Positions 11,951 to 24,200 of a stretch of DNA of 64,000 nucleotides are shown here, in pieces; the stretch's first letter is position 1, and each line of letters begins with the position of its first letter. Below the pieces are notes generated by a model. The model was not told where the DNA came from and made no database searches. It was given only the letters and a program-made list of their open reading frames with translations. Source of the stretch: Raillietiella orientalis (taxonomy: Eukaryota); assembly GCA_036172245.1 (NCBI GenBank), contig JAYWIR010000001.1:3968001-4032000 (forward strand), read 5' to 3'. A program made the position numbers and the translations under genes.

Positions 11951-14900
11951 TCGTATGCGAGCCTCGGTGGAACGAGGAGGATAAGAGGAGGAGGAGAAGG
12001 CACTCGACGCGTTTCCCTGGGTACGGCTTTATGGAGCAGGGACGAGCGCAAGAGACCCTCGGAAAAGAAGAAAGAGAAGATCAAAGAAGGATTTTCAGGA
12101 ACCTCGATCTTCTGCAAGTGGTGGACCGCGGAAAGCCATCTCCATGGTTCTAAGCTAGCAGATAGCCTCCCGTGCTCGACATCCGGGAACCGATCCTCTG
12201 AAACGAAACTGGGACGTCGAAAACTGGGAGTGCTGCTTCCACGGTAACCTCGTGGACTTGACTCCGGAGTTTCTTCTTCGTCGGGAGTTCGATAACCCTT
12301 CAGCCACTGAATTTCAAAAGAGAGCACTTCGCTTCCGCTTCATCTCTCTCAAGGCATTCCGCATGATTACCTGATCAGCTGCTGACTTGCTGGTGGTGGT
12401 GAGCTAGCATTTCGAATAAGATCATGGGTGAGCAGCGTCTCATCTCCTCTTCCGCTAGATGTTCGAGGAGAGCTGCTGTTTCTGTTTGCCGCCGTCGCAT
12501 CAAAATCCAGCAAACATGGGACAATGCAGAAGTCTTTTCTTCGTCTTTGTTCAGGTTCTTCCGTCTTTCCCTCACCGGATGGATAATTGTCATTCAAAAA
12601 GAAGTCCAAGATTATCTTCTCTTTCCTTGCTCCCATCGTCCTTCAGGAATGTTTCCCACCGTGCTCTACGATGTCCTGCTTCTTCAATTTACGTTTGCAC
12701 TGTCCCGAGTTTTTTTGCTGAACATGCAATCAGGACCCAAGAAGCGATAGAAGCGATCTGTACAGTCCCGAGGGAGTGTTCAAAGCAAGAGACATGATGA
12801 TGAATGATGCGCATTTGATTTCAATGGACGGCTTGCTCAGTTGCAGAGACATCCGCTAGGAAGACTACCAAACGAAAAGCCCTTTGGTCATTCCAATAAA
12901 ATGTCGGACCCCGTCTATGAAACAGTCACTTTGAGATAGCCACCCGTCATCAGGGTCAGCCCATATCCGTAATGACCAAGTTTCAAGTTCTATCGCGACA
13001 TGTGCACAGATGAGTCACACGCATACAAACAAGAAACAGTATGCAAAACGTGCATGTGCACATATCTCGTATGAATGTGCGAGTCGATATGGACACCATC
13101 ATATCGTACAGGCACGTGCATTTGTATTCGCAACATGTATTTTGGTGAAATTCATACGTTTATTGGTAGGTTAATTATGTTTGTATTAATAGCAATGTAA
13201 ACAGTAAATGAGTATATGTGTATACACAGATAAGCGTGAACACGCGTGGGCCAAATTCTATGGCGCACGCACATAAGTAGACTTGCTCCACGATTCCGAG
13301 ACAAGGCACACGTATAGATCATGGATGTCATCTCTGCATTAGGTTCTATGGGTTTTCAACAAATGTAGAGACTCGTCTTTTCCTCAGTCTAGGGAACTGC
13401 CACTGAGCAGCCGAAAAACCGTGACTTCAGGAGAACTTGGGAGCACGCTCAAGAAGTTTGGATGCCATCTGAAACACAAACTACCTATGTGGCACGAAAA
13501 CATCAGTGCTGCGAGAAGAATATCGAAGTAAAGATGTGTTGCTGGTCGTATCTTGGGAGATGGAGCGAGCTCTCGTGGCCAAAGAGCACGTCAGTTTGAA
13601 GCTTTCCCAAATAAGTAGGGATGCCGATTGCATGCCCTACTTTGACCGAAAGTTGCGAGCTAAAACGCGAGGGAATACACCAAGGCTCCATGCATCCCCC
13701 TATAGAGGTGCGTTGCTTGCCGAAAGCCTCAGAAAATGCGAAAAGAGAAGATGATGATATGAGTTGCGAGGTCGCGGGGGTTTCGATCCGTGAATTCTTG
13801 CAACGATGGAGATGCTAATGATAGGAAGAATCAAAAAATAAATAAATAAAACGAGGGCGATACCTCCTGCTTTACGGAGATTAGCACAACAGTTGCGGAG
13901 AAGACGATTTGAAATGAGCGTAAAGACGTGTCGTTCCGGGCTGCCAATTGCCGAAGTCGGCAGGACGGAGGCGGCCAGTAGCAACCGATGTCGCCTCCGT
14001 CTCTCGAGTCGGAAGACGAAGGAATAGATTTTAATGAATGAACGAAATCTGAGTTGCCTCGACCTGGTAGCGCTTCCGAGCTCTGATGACTTGCAGAGCA
14101 GACGCCGTGGTGAAGTCTTTCTCCCATCAAGCGCATCGGGCTGAACTTGTAAATTGGAAGAAGCAAGAAGACTAGTTGGGATGGGGCGGAGGAAGCCTTT
14201 CTGCTCCTGTTGCTGAGTCGAGACCAAGTTCTTTCCATGCGGCACCCGCCTCGGTGCCACCCCTGCTCGTTTCAAGATGATCGTGGATGCTCACTTTCAA
14301 GGGAGGAGTGCTGCTCCGTCTTCTTTAAAGAGTACTCGTTGCTCGAGGAGGCTGAAGAGCTCTGATCGAGCTCTTCGCTGAGATTTGGTTGGGTTCGGTT
14401 GGCTTGGGTTTTAGGATCCCGAGATTTCCGAATAAGGCCGAGAACCAACCATTTTCGTTCGGTTCTCGCCTCTTCATCGTGAGCTGGGTTGAGGATGGGG
14501 TGAGGTGGAAAAAGCCGTCGGGAGCCACCTTTTTTTTGGAGCCAGCACTCCCGGGGAAGGAGAGCAAATCCTCTGCTGACTCATTGGTGTTCAATCTGTC
14601 AGCTCCTGATTACTTTGTATGTTTGTTTGTATTTATTCTGTCCGTCTCCATGGTTGAAAATTATTAGCTAAAATCGTACATTAAGCAGCATCTATCCCTG
14701 CAGAGTGAACCCCGAGCACTAACGAGTGTTCCGGAGCTGACCAGACTATGCTCTCGCAGGGGTGCATTCTCATAGCGAAGTCTTTAAAGTAGGACTATTC
14801 CCAGCACTCCACAGGGATTTCTGTGCCATCCTCTACCATGTTTTGTGTGCTCCATGTCAAGGACTCTACCTCTAAGGCTTTTGTTGGACAACTCACGTGA

Positions 14901-16809
14901 CTGCTCTATGGCTGTCGATTCAACGTCACGGCAGCAGGAGCTGGTAAGAAGCCGGAAGCGACATTATGGAGATGCAAGATTCACTAGTTTGCCGCTGATG
15001 GTAAACAAACATCAAGGACGAGAAGAAAGGGGAGAAAAAAATGAGAGAAGGAGGGGAGGAATCTAAGATGCCACACAGCTGGGAGGCTGGAGAAGATAAA
15101 AGATCTTTCGGAACGTGCCGAACCAAAGAGTGCAAAGTGCTGCTCAGAGCGAGAAGATCTAAGAAGGAGTTCCGTGACCTTTCAGATCAAGGCCCATCCT
15201 GTAAGAAGGGCAAGCTGCTGAGGTTCGCGCGGATGCAGCTACGAATCACAACTGCAGAATCCGAGCGCCAATGCAAGGTTTCCTCAAGGGTGCTCTCTCC
15301 CTGAAAAGAAGAAGAACAGCAGAAAAAGCCGCAGCAGCAACAAAGAAACTTCGAGAAACCCATGGCGGCTCCGGAGAGGGTCGCGTGGAGAGGTTTCCTA
15401 GCTACATACACATGAGCGGCAGCTTCCAGGGATCAAAAAGGGACGGATTGCCTGGATGGAGAGCGGAGTATCAGGAGAACTGGTACGAAGGAACCGGTCC
15501 GTTTCGGCGAGAATACCCGGATATGAGGATCGGTAAGGAGACTGGAATCTTCTCAGATTTCGAGAGGACGCCTTACTCGCGGGCGAAGGCTTCGGAAGCT
15601 CCGCAGAGCAAACGCCTGGACGCAGCGAGTGCTGGAGACTGCGCTCAACAACACCATCGTGCGACGGCGGCAGCAAACGCGCTGCAACCCTCGTGTGGCG
15701 ATGGCGGCCGACCCCGATGCGGCAAAAGGTCCGGAAGGGCCGCGTGCGAGGGATGGGAGAAACGGAAGGAATTTCTCTCTCTTACGCATGCCCACGCCAA
15801 AATCAAGAAGGAAGATCTGAAAGGGGTCAGAAAAGGATATCGGGGAGATTTGGCGAGGCCACCTTTCCGCCATCGGCGGCGGCAGGAAGCTGCGGATGTC
15901 AGAAACCGGAAGCAGCCGCTGATCCCTCGCTGTTTTTCTCGAGCTGAAGAGTGGATAGGCCGAGGCAGCTGCAGGCGATCCGAGGCGGTAGCGGACCGCG
16001 TGGGAGACATCCGTTCGACCTGCCCTGTGCGCGAGCGAAACTCCACGGTGCCGTGCGTCCGGTTCACAACCGCGGGAGGCTGCCACTCCGCCGAAGGTGC
16101 AAAGAAGGGGACGGGGGGAAGGATCGACTGTGGAGACGGCTCCGTCACCGGCCACACTGCCCGCCCTCGTCCGCGCCGACGGATGCAGGGTAGCTTCCTG
16201 GAAGCAGCTCTTCCTCACCACGGGGCAAACCAGCCGTGGGGTCCGCTGAGGGCTGCTAACTAACGGATGCAGATCCTTTATGAGAGAGGGTTAGTCCTTG
16301 GTCCCTCCTCCCCATCTGATACCCTTCTGTCGAGGATGACGCAGCAGATCGTATCGAACGTGCCCGAACCGCCCCTGGAAGAAGCAAAAAAAAAAAAAAT
16401 CGATACGCGCGGGGATGCGGAACGCGGTTTTCTCTGGGAAAGCTGGATACGTCCATCCATGGGCCAGCAAGTATTTGCAGTCTGTCCTTGATCAGGCGGC
16501 GGTGGAGATTTCGATCCTAACTGGAAAATGAGGGGCGAGCGGATTCTCCCGGAAAAAGCCCGGGAGCTGCTGCTGTGCAGCGACATAAAGGGGGGCTTTT
16601 TCCTTTTCCAGGGCGCGCGATCAAAGCCTGAGACGGGAATGAGCGCAATCTGCAAGCGCACGCGCCCAGGTGCTCCAGAGAGGAGGGGAGACTTGCTCGT
16701 CGTGAAGATGCGAGTGAGGAACAACAGTCCGGGAGGGAGGTTGTGGCCGAACCGGTCCCTACAGAAGGAAGATCTGCAGTGTTCTTGCGCCATGTGTGCT
16801 CTAGATGGA

Positions 16810-17330
16810 GGATGCGTGGCTGCTGCGGTCTCCGCCCGTGACACCGAGAGTCGCGGGTTCGAATCCTGCCCGGGAAAGAATGGACGCCGGGAAATGGGAG
16901 GTGCGTCGTGAGTTCCAGTTCCTCCTGCAAGATGACGCTGGTTGCCCTGCGGATTCCGGGCGTGGCAATGGTGGGAGCTGAAAACCGGATGACCCTGTTG
17001 ACTAGCCGGGAGTAGAAATTGACCCTACGGGGTCCTTCCAAGAATCAAGGAGAGCTAGTTCCCTCCAGGGTTCCCCACCGGTTGTAAAGATGGGATTGTA
17101 CCATGGCACTGGTTGATACCTCCCTCTCGGGGGTTGCCTCTCCAGAGTGTCAGGAGCGCCCTGCTTTCTGCAAGAAGCGATTCTTCATAGAAAACTGGGA
17201 AGCGTCCCTCCCTTCGGGGTTCCCCTTGAGAGGAGGAATCAAGGAGTGGATCCTTTCCGGAGGGTCCCTCCGAAAAGAATAAGGAAGGTTTCCTCCGCGG
17301 CTCCCTTAGGAGGCAACCAGGGCAACCAGG
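16810..17330 (+). mobile_element. tRNA-derived SINE, copy 1
   Basis: A-box-like TGGCTGCTGCGG (~16817) and B-box GGTTCGAATCC (16856-16866), followed by a body that matches the reverse complement of the four other copies. Confidence 0.7.
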
Positions 17331-17373
17331 GCAAGCGTCGTCCGGGAAGGAGAGAGCTACAAACTCCAGTGGT

Positions 17374-17379
17374 TTTATT
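17374..17379 (-). promoter_or_regulatory. Candidate polyadenylation signal AATAAA (3' UTR about 630 nt)
   Basis: First canonical AATAAA I could find on the minus strand downstream of the stop codon. Confidence 0.4.
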
Positions 17380-18003
17380 TTCAGATTCTCGTTTAAAGGA
17401 ACTTCAGTTATGTATCACAAAAATAAATAGTCCTTTGGCATCTGACACAACGGCATTTCACAGACACGCATTCGTCCTGCAGAGCAAAGAGTCCGCAAAC
17501 TTTTTCGGTTAGAGGGTCACGTTTTTACTGCAATAATAATAGGCTATCTTCATAAAATAATCTTCGAGGGTCAACATCACTGATTAAGAATTGCACACCG
17601 TTATAACAAAGACGCGGGTCTGAGGACCTGCACGAGGCAGTGCAGAGCTTTCCGCTTCACGTAAAACCACCAGCGGAGGTAGGACCGGAAAATGTTTCGG
17701 GAAAACCTGCCAGAGGGCTGCGGAGTCGCGGTGGGCGGGTGGGGATGACCCTGCAGAAGCATCGAGCGATCGGCAGGCTCCGACTTCCCGAAGCTCGGGT
17801 TCGCGGGAGGGGGAGGGGCTTCCGTCCACGTCGCCTCTTTTCCAGCTTTGCTCGGCGGTTCCGGGGGAGAACAACCCCCTTTACCCTCCCCCCCCCCCTC
17901 GGAACGATCCATTCGTATCACAGGGAGGCGCTGCCGTCTCGGTTGCCACGGTTACATCTAAACACACCGTTTCCCGTGCTACATGAGGAAATCGTGAGTG
18001 CAG

Positions 18004-18212
18004 TCATACGCTCTCCATAGACGAAAGCCTTGCTCCCGTTATGGCCAGGTGGTCACAAACGTGGACGTATCGGTTGGAAGGCGGGCGAGGCGGGTCATGT
18101 CGGCGCTTCCTCTTCCTGTGGCAGCAAACGCACAGTCCTATCAACAGCACGAAAACCGTTCCTATCCCTATACCGATCAGCAGGAAGAAATCGATTTTAC
18201 CCCTTTGAACAC
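18004..18212 (-). CDS. lev-10: Last coding exon: TM helix and tail (CVQRGKIDFFLLIGIGIGTVFVLLIGLCVCCHRKRKRRHDPPRPPSNRYVHVCDHLAITGARLSSMESV*)
   Basis: cttttcAG| acceptor; phase 1 completes the last LDLa Cys; hydrophobic helix followed by a basic stop-transfer cluster; TGA at 18004-18006. Absent from the ORF track. Confidence 0.9.
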
Positions 18213-21200
18213 CTGAAAAGACACACCACAGTTAACATCGGGAGGGGAGCCGAGCGTGCCGCGCGGGGACGAACGGGAGAGAGCAAACAGCGGAAAGTGT
18301 CAGCTGAACGGGAGACGCAAAGAAGGGTTTCTTTCGCAACGACCTTTTCGGGTCACGGATCATGCGTATTTCGCCTGCGGGCGACTCGAGGATAGTCTTC
18401 GACTTCGAAAAGAGTTGGGTGACTCAGCTGCTCTCAGGTGCTGGGGGGAACCTCCATGGCGCCTCCGGAAGGTGAAATGAGGAGGAGGAGGAAAACGCCT
18501 GGGGGAAAGGGAGAGAGTATCGAGAGGAGACTGTCCGAGGAGCCTCACCGTGGAGGAGAGGGTGAGGATTTACAAAGCCGAGTCTCATGCAGATTCCCAA
18601 GAGGAAGGTGAAGATCATTCCCGGCAATGCTCAAAGGGAGGGGGGAAGGGCAGTTGCGGAGTTCTCGAGGAGCGTCTTCTTCCGGTCCGATCCAGGAGTC
18701 TACGTGGTGGTTGCGGGCACGGAAGGCCACACGTTCTCCCTGGCAGAAGCCGGTCGCGGTCATCCAATCCCCCTCCCCCTTCCTTCGGTACGTGTATCCC
18801 GCCAAGGGTGGTCCAGACGGGTGCTCGACCTTCTGGCGGGGTGGCTGAACTTCCTGAACTCATCCTTCAGCTATGTTCCGTAGCATAGTTGCCCGGAGGG
18901 CGTGGATAAAGGCACGAACAACATCACCCTGGTCAGGTACTACTCGATCTACTAATACAGGACGAACGACCTCCTGCATCGTGCTACGTCCTGATCCTGA
19001 AATCCTTCGAGGTGACACATGGATCGCAATGTTCGGGATATGCGTCCTGGTGTGCACTCTGGGCATGTCCTCACTGACTTTGCGATGCTTGCAGCAGAGG
19101 TCGCGTTTCACTTTCTTGGTGGAAAATGTTACCTTCAGCGTGTTCTGCGCCGCGGTACTGCAGGCAGAATAGGAGAGGTCGTGTTGTTCTTCTCACGGGG
19201 CTCTCTTGCTCTCCTGGAAACTCTTCATGGTCACCATGCGCTGCGCTTTTCAAGCTTCGATCCTCTCCCTGCTGATGAAGAACTGCGTGAAAGACGATCG
19301 ATACGAAGGAAGACCACGACAGCTGCCTGCTCAAGCTGATCTCGAAACCGTTCTACGTCTTTTCTGATAACCTGAACCTCGAGAACGCATATAAATGGCA
19401 CTTAGGGACCATCGAGGATGCCCTCTCGGAGATAAAGAGGCAGGAGAACGAGTTCGCCGTCCTCAAGGACTGCGAGAGTTTGCGTTCAAGCTAAGGTTGA
19501 CCGTAGGAGTAGAAGAACCATCCTGGACCACCAGAGCGAGGGCACTTTTGCCTCAGCAAGGAATTCGTGGCTCAGCATTACAGAGAAGCATTTTTCCCAT
19601 CCTTGACTGCCACTCGCTGAGAATGAGACCTCCACCAGCAGCGACCAAGTCGAAGTCGGACTGAGGCTTCCTCCGCAGAGGATGGCAGAGCACTGCTGCA
19701 GTTCTCTTGCACGCGGAGGTCTCCCTCGGAAACTTCACGCCACTCTCTGAACTTCCGGCCCCCACGCCATCCTAAGCTGCATTGCGTGAGGTAATAATAA
19801 TCAGTAATGGCTCGTCCACGCGGAGGGAAACGGTGAAAGGATGAACCCTTTCACCGACTCGATGACGGGGAGGACATCACGATGGCCTCAGCCTCAACAA
19901 CAGGTGAGAGGGACAGAAGAACAGTGGACCCACGTTCCTCTTCACTACATCCCTCGTCCACTCACACTACTAGAGCATCTCCGTCTTGCAATTCCCAATC
20001 TCCACCGTGTCTTGTTTGCTTATTTACTTGCTTGTTCGTTTCCTTGCTCTTCCTCTAGCTTCCCGCCTCGTGCTGCCCGTTTCCATCACTGCTCACCCGC
20101 GAGCCGGCGTTCCCTGTATTTAGTGTACAAGGCGCTTCCTTATGTGTGCATTCATTTCATTCAGATGAGCGCTCCCGACCGGATTGTCCATCAGGGAAAG
20201 GGGTGGAAAGGAAGTCTTGCATCCCGTAACAAGGACTTCGGCGTGGTTCCAGGCCGGAGAAGTGCAGGAACCATTGTGGAGGCGGACAGTTTCGGAGGAG
20301 GAGACGCGGTACCTGGAGCGCCACGTAAGAGCCGCAAGTTTCGTCGCCTTCCCTTCCACTTCCCCTCGCACTCAAGAGGATGCGGAAGATGAGCATGGCT
20401 GCGAGAGCGGAGGAAGAGGAGCACGGGTCTTCGAGACGGATCGATGCCGGCTAGTTAAGGCGTGCTCTGTGTCTGTGCCAGCACAGCAAGTGAGGGCAGC
20501 AAGATGAAAGGTTCCTAGAGAGTCCGTGGGACATCACTCGATGGGGGGATCACGCCGGGCGCAGGGAGTTGGGGAGGGGGGGGGGGGTTCGCGCGGCGAG
20601 CAAGTTCGGAGTGCCCTCGCCACTCGAGGGCGCCGAACGATGGTGAACCGCAGGTGCTATTGGTGCGCCACCTGCGGTGAGGTTCCGTGTGTCCCAACGA
20701 GTTCGCCCCTGAGCAGCCTGCGCGTGCGTGCGTGTGGAGTGAGGATAGGCGCAGGGTACGAGGGAGGTCCGCAGCGTGCTTCCGCTTGTCCTTCTTCGTG
20801 CCCGTGCGCGCCTCGCAACTGGATGGAGACTCTCCTTGCTTCATGGAAGTCCGTTGCCTTCAGAGGTTCTGTTCTCTCGGACCAAGGAGCTCGGAGATTG
20901 GAGGCGGGAATTTCGCCACGGTGGACCTGCTTTCCTGGATGGCGAGGACGAGAGCGGAAATGCATGCGGAGACAGGAGCATGCGTGTGCGTGCGTACCCA
21001 CACGGAAGTCCCAACCAGGTAGAAAAATAAAATAAAAATAAAAACCGTCGCCATGGCGGAGGAGGCTGGGTAGGAAAAGAGGCATAGGGAACAATCAGAG
21101 AACCTCCAAACAGGGAAGGTCCTTACGGGCGGATGCATGACTTGGCAGCTCCAGGGAAGGGAGGAAGGGAAGTATCCAGGATGACGGGCGACAGCTCCGG

Positions 21201-24200
21201 AACGCGCGTCTTGGAAGCTTCAATCCCCCAGGCAGCTGCGCTCCTAATGGCGCTCAGTTTACGAGAGGCTTCGAGAATCAGGAGCAGGTGGAGGGGGAGG
21301 GAGCTCCCTTGGATGTTCAGGACAGTCCGCTGGCTGGAAGTCCGGGAGAGAAGAGCGCGCAGAAACACCCGCCACCCACAGCCTGGGGGAAGAATCTCCT
21401 GTGACCCGACGGGGAGGAAGGGATAGAGCGATCTTTGCTCCTTTTTGTAGAGCCTCTCAGAGAAAAATCTCTCTGGGAAGCTCGAAGAACCCCTCGAGGG
21501 GGGTCAGTCTGAACCGCAGCTGTGGAAGTGTATCCCGGGAGACGCGCCGAATGACTTCTCTTCCTCCTCGCCCCACAGATGCGCTCAGATAAGGCTTGTC
21601 CTGTCCAGAAAGCGAGAAGGAGAAGAGAGGGAGGCTAGATGAAGGTTTCGATGTCAGCGGCGGGTTTCGGTTAGGCAAGATGCACGCGGGAAAGACGTCT
21701 TCGGTTCCAGAGGCAAAAGACAAGAAGAAATAAAGTGCATCCGCAGGCGCGGAGCGAGAGCCTCCAGATGGAAAAAAGGGTTGACCCCAGGTCTTCGTGG
21801 TCCTCTCGCCGGAGGCGATGCATGCACATAAAGAAGGGAAGAGTGGGTTCGAACCACGCCGGGTGGCTGACCACGGGATCACGCGCAGCTGCTGTGGTAT
21901 TGGAAGCTCCAGATGGAAGCACGCGTCCCTGCTGGGAATGGCACCTCGACGTGAAGTTCGTGGACACTCCCGAGGACGCATCTTTTCACGGTCACGGGAC
22001 GCATCAAAAACTCGCAGCACCCGCGAAGGAGGCAAACGAGGAAGCATTGTTCACCGCGGAGGATAAAGAAAATTCCCTCGGGAGGTGATATGCGCTCGCA
22101 TGTTTTCCTCCCTTCTTTCCTTTACCCTCTAGATCTGGCTCTCCATGAGGATCCTAAGGAAGGGTAGGTATTCTAAATAAGAGAGACCAGTCGCTTCCTT
22201 GCAGGTCGACCCTCTAGGCCAGGGGTGGATGCTTGCGATGTAGCGACTTCAATCCCAGGTGTTGGGGCGCCGCCGTCGGCAACGAGGCGACCGGGATGAA
22301 CTCCACCGAAGCGGTGGGTCGCGCGCTCCCGGGCGCTCTTTCGCCATCTGGCACCACCCGTTGCACAGAAGGCAGAAGGACCCTCTTCCTCTTGAGAACG
22401 ACATAAGGGAAGACGACCCGAGGTCGCATAGACTCTCGGAACTTCCGTTGGTCATTCTGCCGCAGTGGACGGTTCGGGAGCTGCTTGAAGCTTCCCATCG
22501 GATCCTCGCAACGAGACCGATTCCTACCAGGGTGGCTCAAGACGGAAGTTGTGTAAGACTCCTGGCAGGTGTTTCCGGAACGGTCCGAACTCGAATGCGG
22601 AAGAAGATGTTTCCAAACGTCTTCTTCCGCAGGCGCAGGCTCTCCACTCGAGAACGCGGAGGGGAAAAGCGAAAAAGAAAGCGGAAGAATAAAAAGACCG
22701 AAGAAGATCGGTCAAGATGAAGGTCACTGCTCTCTGCCGGGTTCATCAGGAGAACACTCGAGGTCACCATCGGAAATCAAAGAGATAATGATGACCCACA
22801 TGAAAGAGTGAGCCTGGTTCCGAAGAGAAATGGCTTCTGTTTCAGGAAGCGAGAAAGATGACCTTATCGCACTGATGGAAGATCAAATGGATGATCAAGT
22901 ACTGGTGGAGTACGCGAGGAGGTTCAGACGCGAACACCCACTGCAAGATCACGTTTGAAATTAGCAGTCCCTTTTTTTTTTCTTTTCATTCTAAAAGCCT
23001 CAGTTAGTTAACTGACAAGGTAGGCTGCGTGTGGATTGGTCGCTGTGATCACTTTGCGACCTCCCGCCACTTTCGCAGAACCCCTTCCCATCAGTCTGTG
23101 GCAGTTCATGGCATCTGGATGGTCCATCTAGTCAAATTGGATCCGAAAAAGGCTGAGCGGAAACCAAGCTGAGGCTGGTAGCAGCAGCTCGCGATGCCGT
23201 AAATGCACAGTATGCAAAGGCAAACTCAGGCATTCCCTCTCACTCCTTGCCCCCATTCCTCCTCCAGAAAAAAAGAAAAGACGGGAAAGTTACGTCGGGG
23301 ATCGGAATTGCAGGAGAAGGCAGGATGCGTGAGCGCCCACGCGGCGGTCCCAAGCAGGCGAAAACAAAAAAAAAAGCAAAGCAAAATCCGTCGCCATGGG
23401 GAGAGAGAGGTGGGTGGGAAGGGAGGCATTGGGAACAACTCGGGAACAAACAAACATCCGGGTCCGTCGACCTCCTGATGTTAGCTGTTTCGCAGCGGTC
23501 TTTCCTCGATCACCCCGGCTGCTCGTGGCTTCAAGAGCGACATCGCAGCTCCATCCGAGGGAGTAGCACTCGAAAACTTTGGGTGAAGATACCGCGGCGC
23601 ATGCGCACGCACTCACCCAGCACCTTCAGAGAGGACTCGAAAAATTCAATGGGCGGGATTTTTTTTTTTTCTTCCGGCCATCCATCGCAACGTACGTCAA
23701 CTAGCCTTCCGGGAACAAAATTATTTTTGGCCATCCAAGTGCCAAAAAAGGGTATCTCTAATTGCGACATCAGTAAGGAATCCGCTGACTGTGTAATCCT
23801 TCTGGCATCTTCGCGCAATTAGTCTTGATATTCCAGACAAGCGACATTAAATCAGACCCGGGACCACTAAATCTTCCGCGATCTTTTCCCTATCCTCTGC
23901 GACTTGCTACAGCATCATGTGTGTTTGTTTATTCATACGTGGCAACCGAATCACTCAGTATGCGCCATAATCAAAATGCTGGGATGCTTCTTGAAAATGA
24001 TACCCGACGACGCTGACGCATCGGAACCGTTCCCTGCCTGCATTTGCTCACTGATCACACTTATCAATAACAGTCATCAATTATTTAAAAATGCGTGGCA
24101 CAGAGCGCAGTTTTTAGAACGCTGAAAACAAAACAAAAAAAAAACAAAAAAACAGCAAACATTGCGAAGCATCCCTAAATGCATTTTTCGTATATTCTGC

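Noticed and set aside
11161-12327. 388-aa minus-strand ORF
   Set aside because: Runs through a SINE copy and a LINE remnant; no coherent domain.
15271-16263. 330-aa plus-strand ORF
   Set aside because: Arg/Gly/Ala-rich GC artefact with overlapping ORFs in most frames; no recognisable domain. Possibly decayed LINE ORF1.
16810-16880. Functional tRNA gene
   Set aside because: A/B boxes are present, but there is no clean cloverleaf and it is fused to a repeated body, so it is a SINE head.
18873-19172. Hydrophobic plus-strand ORF as a nested membrane-protein gene
   Set aside because: No convincing splice sites or family motif; follows a zinc-knuckle remnant and is more likely TE debris.
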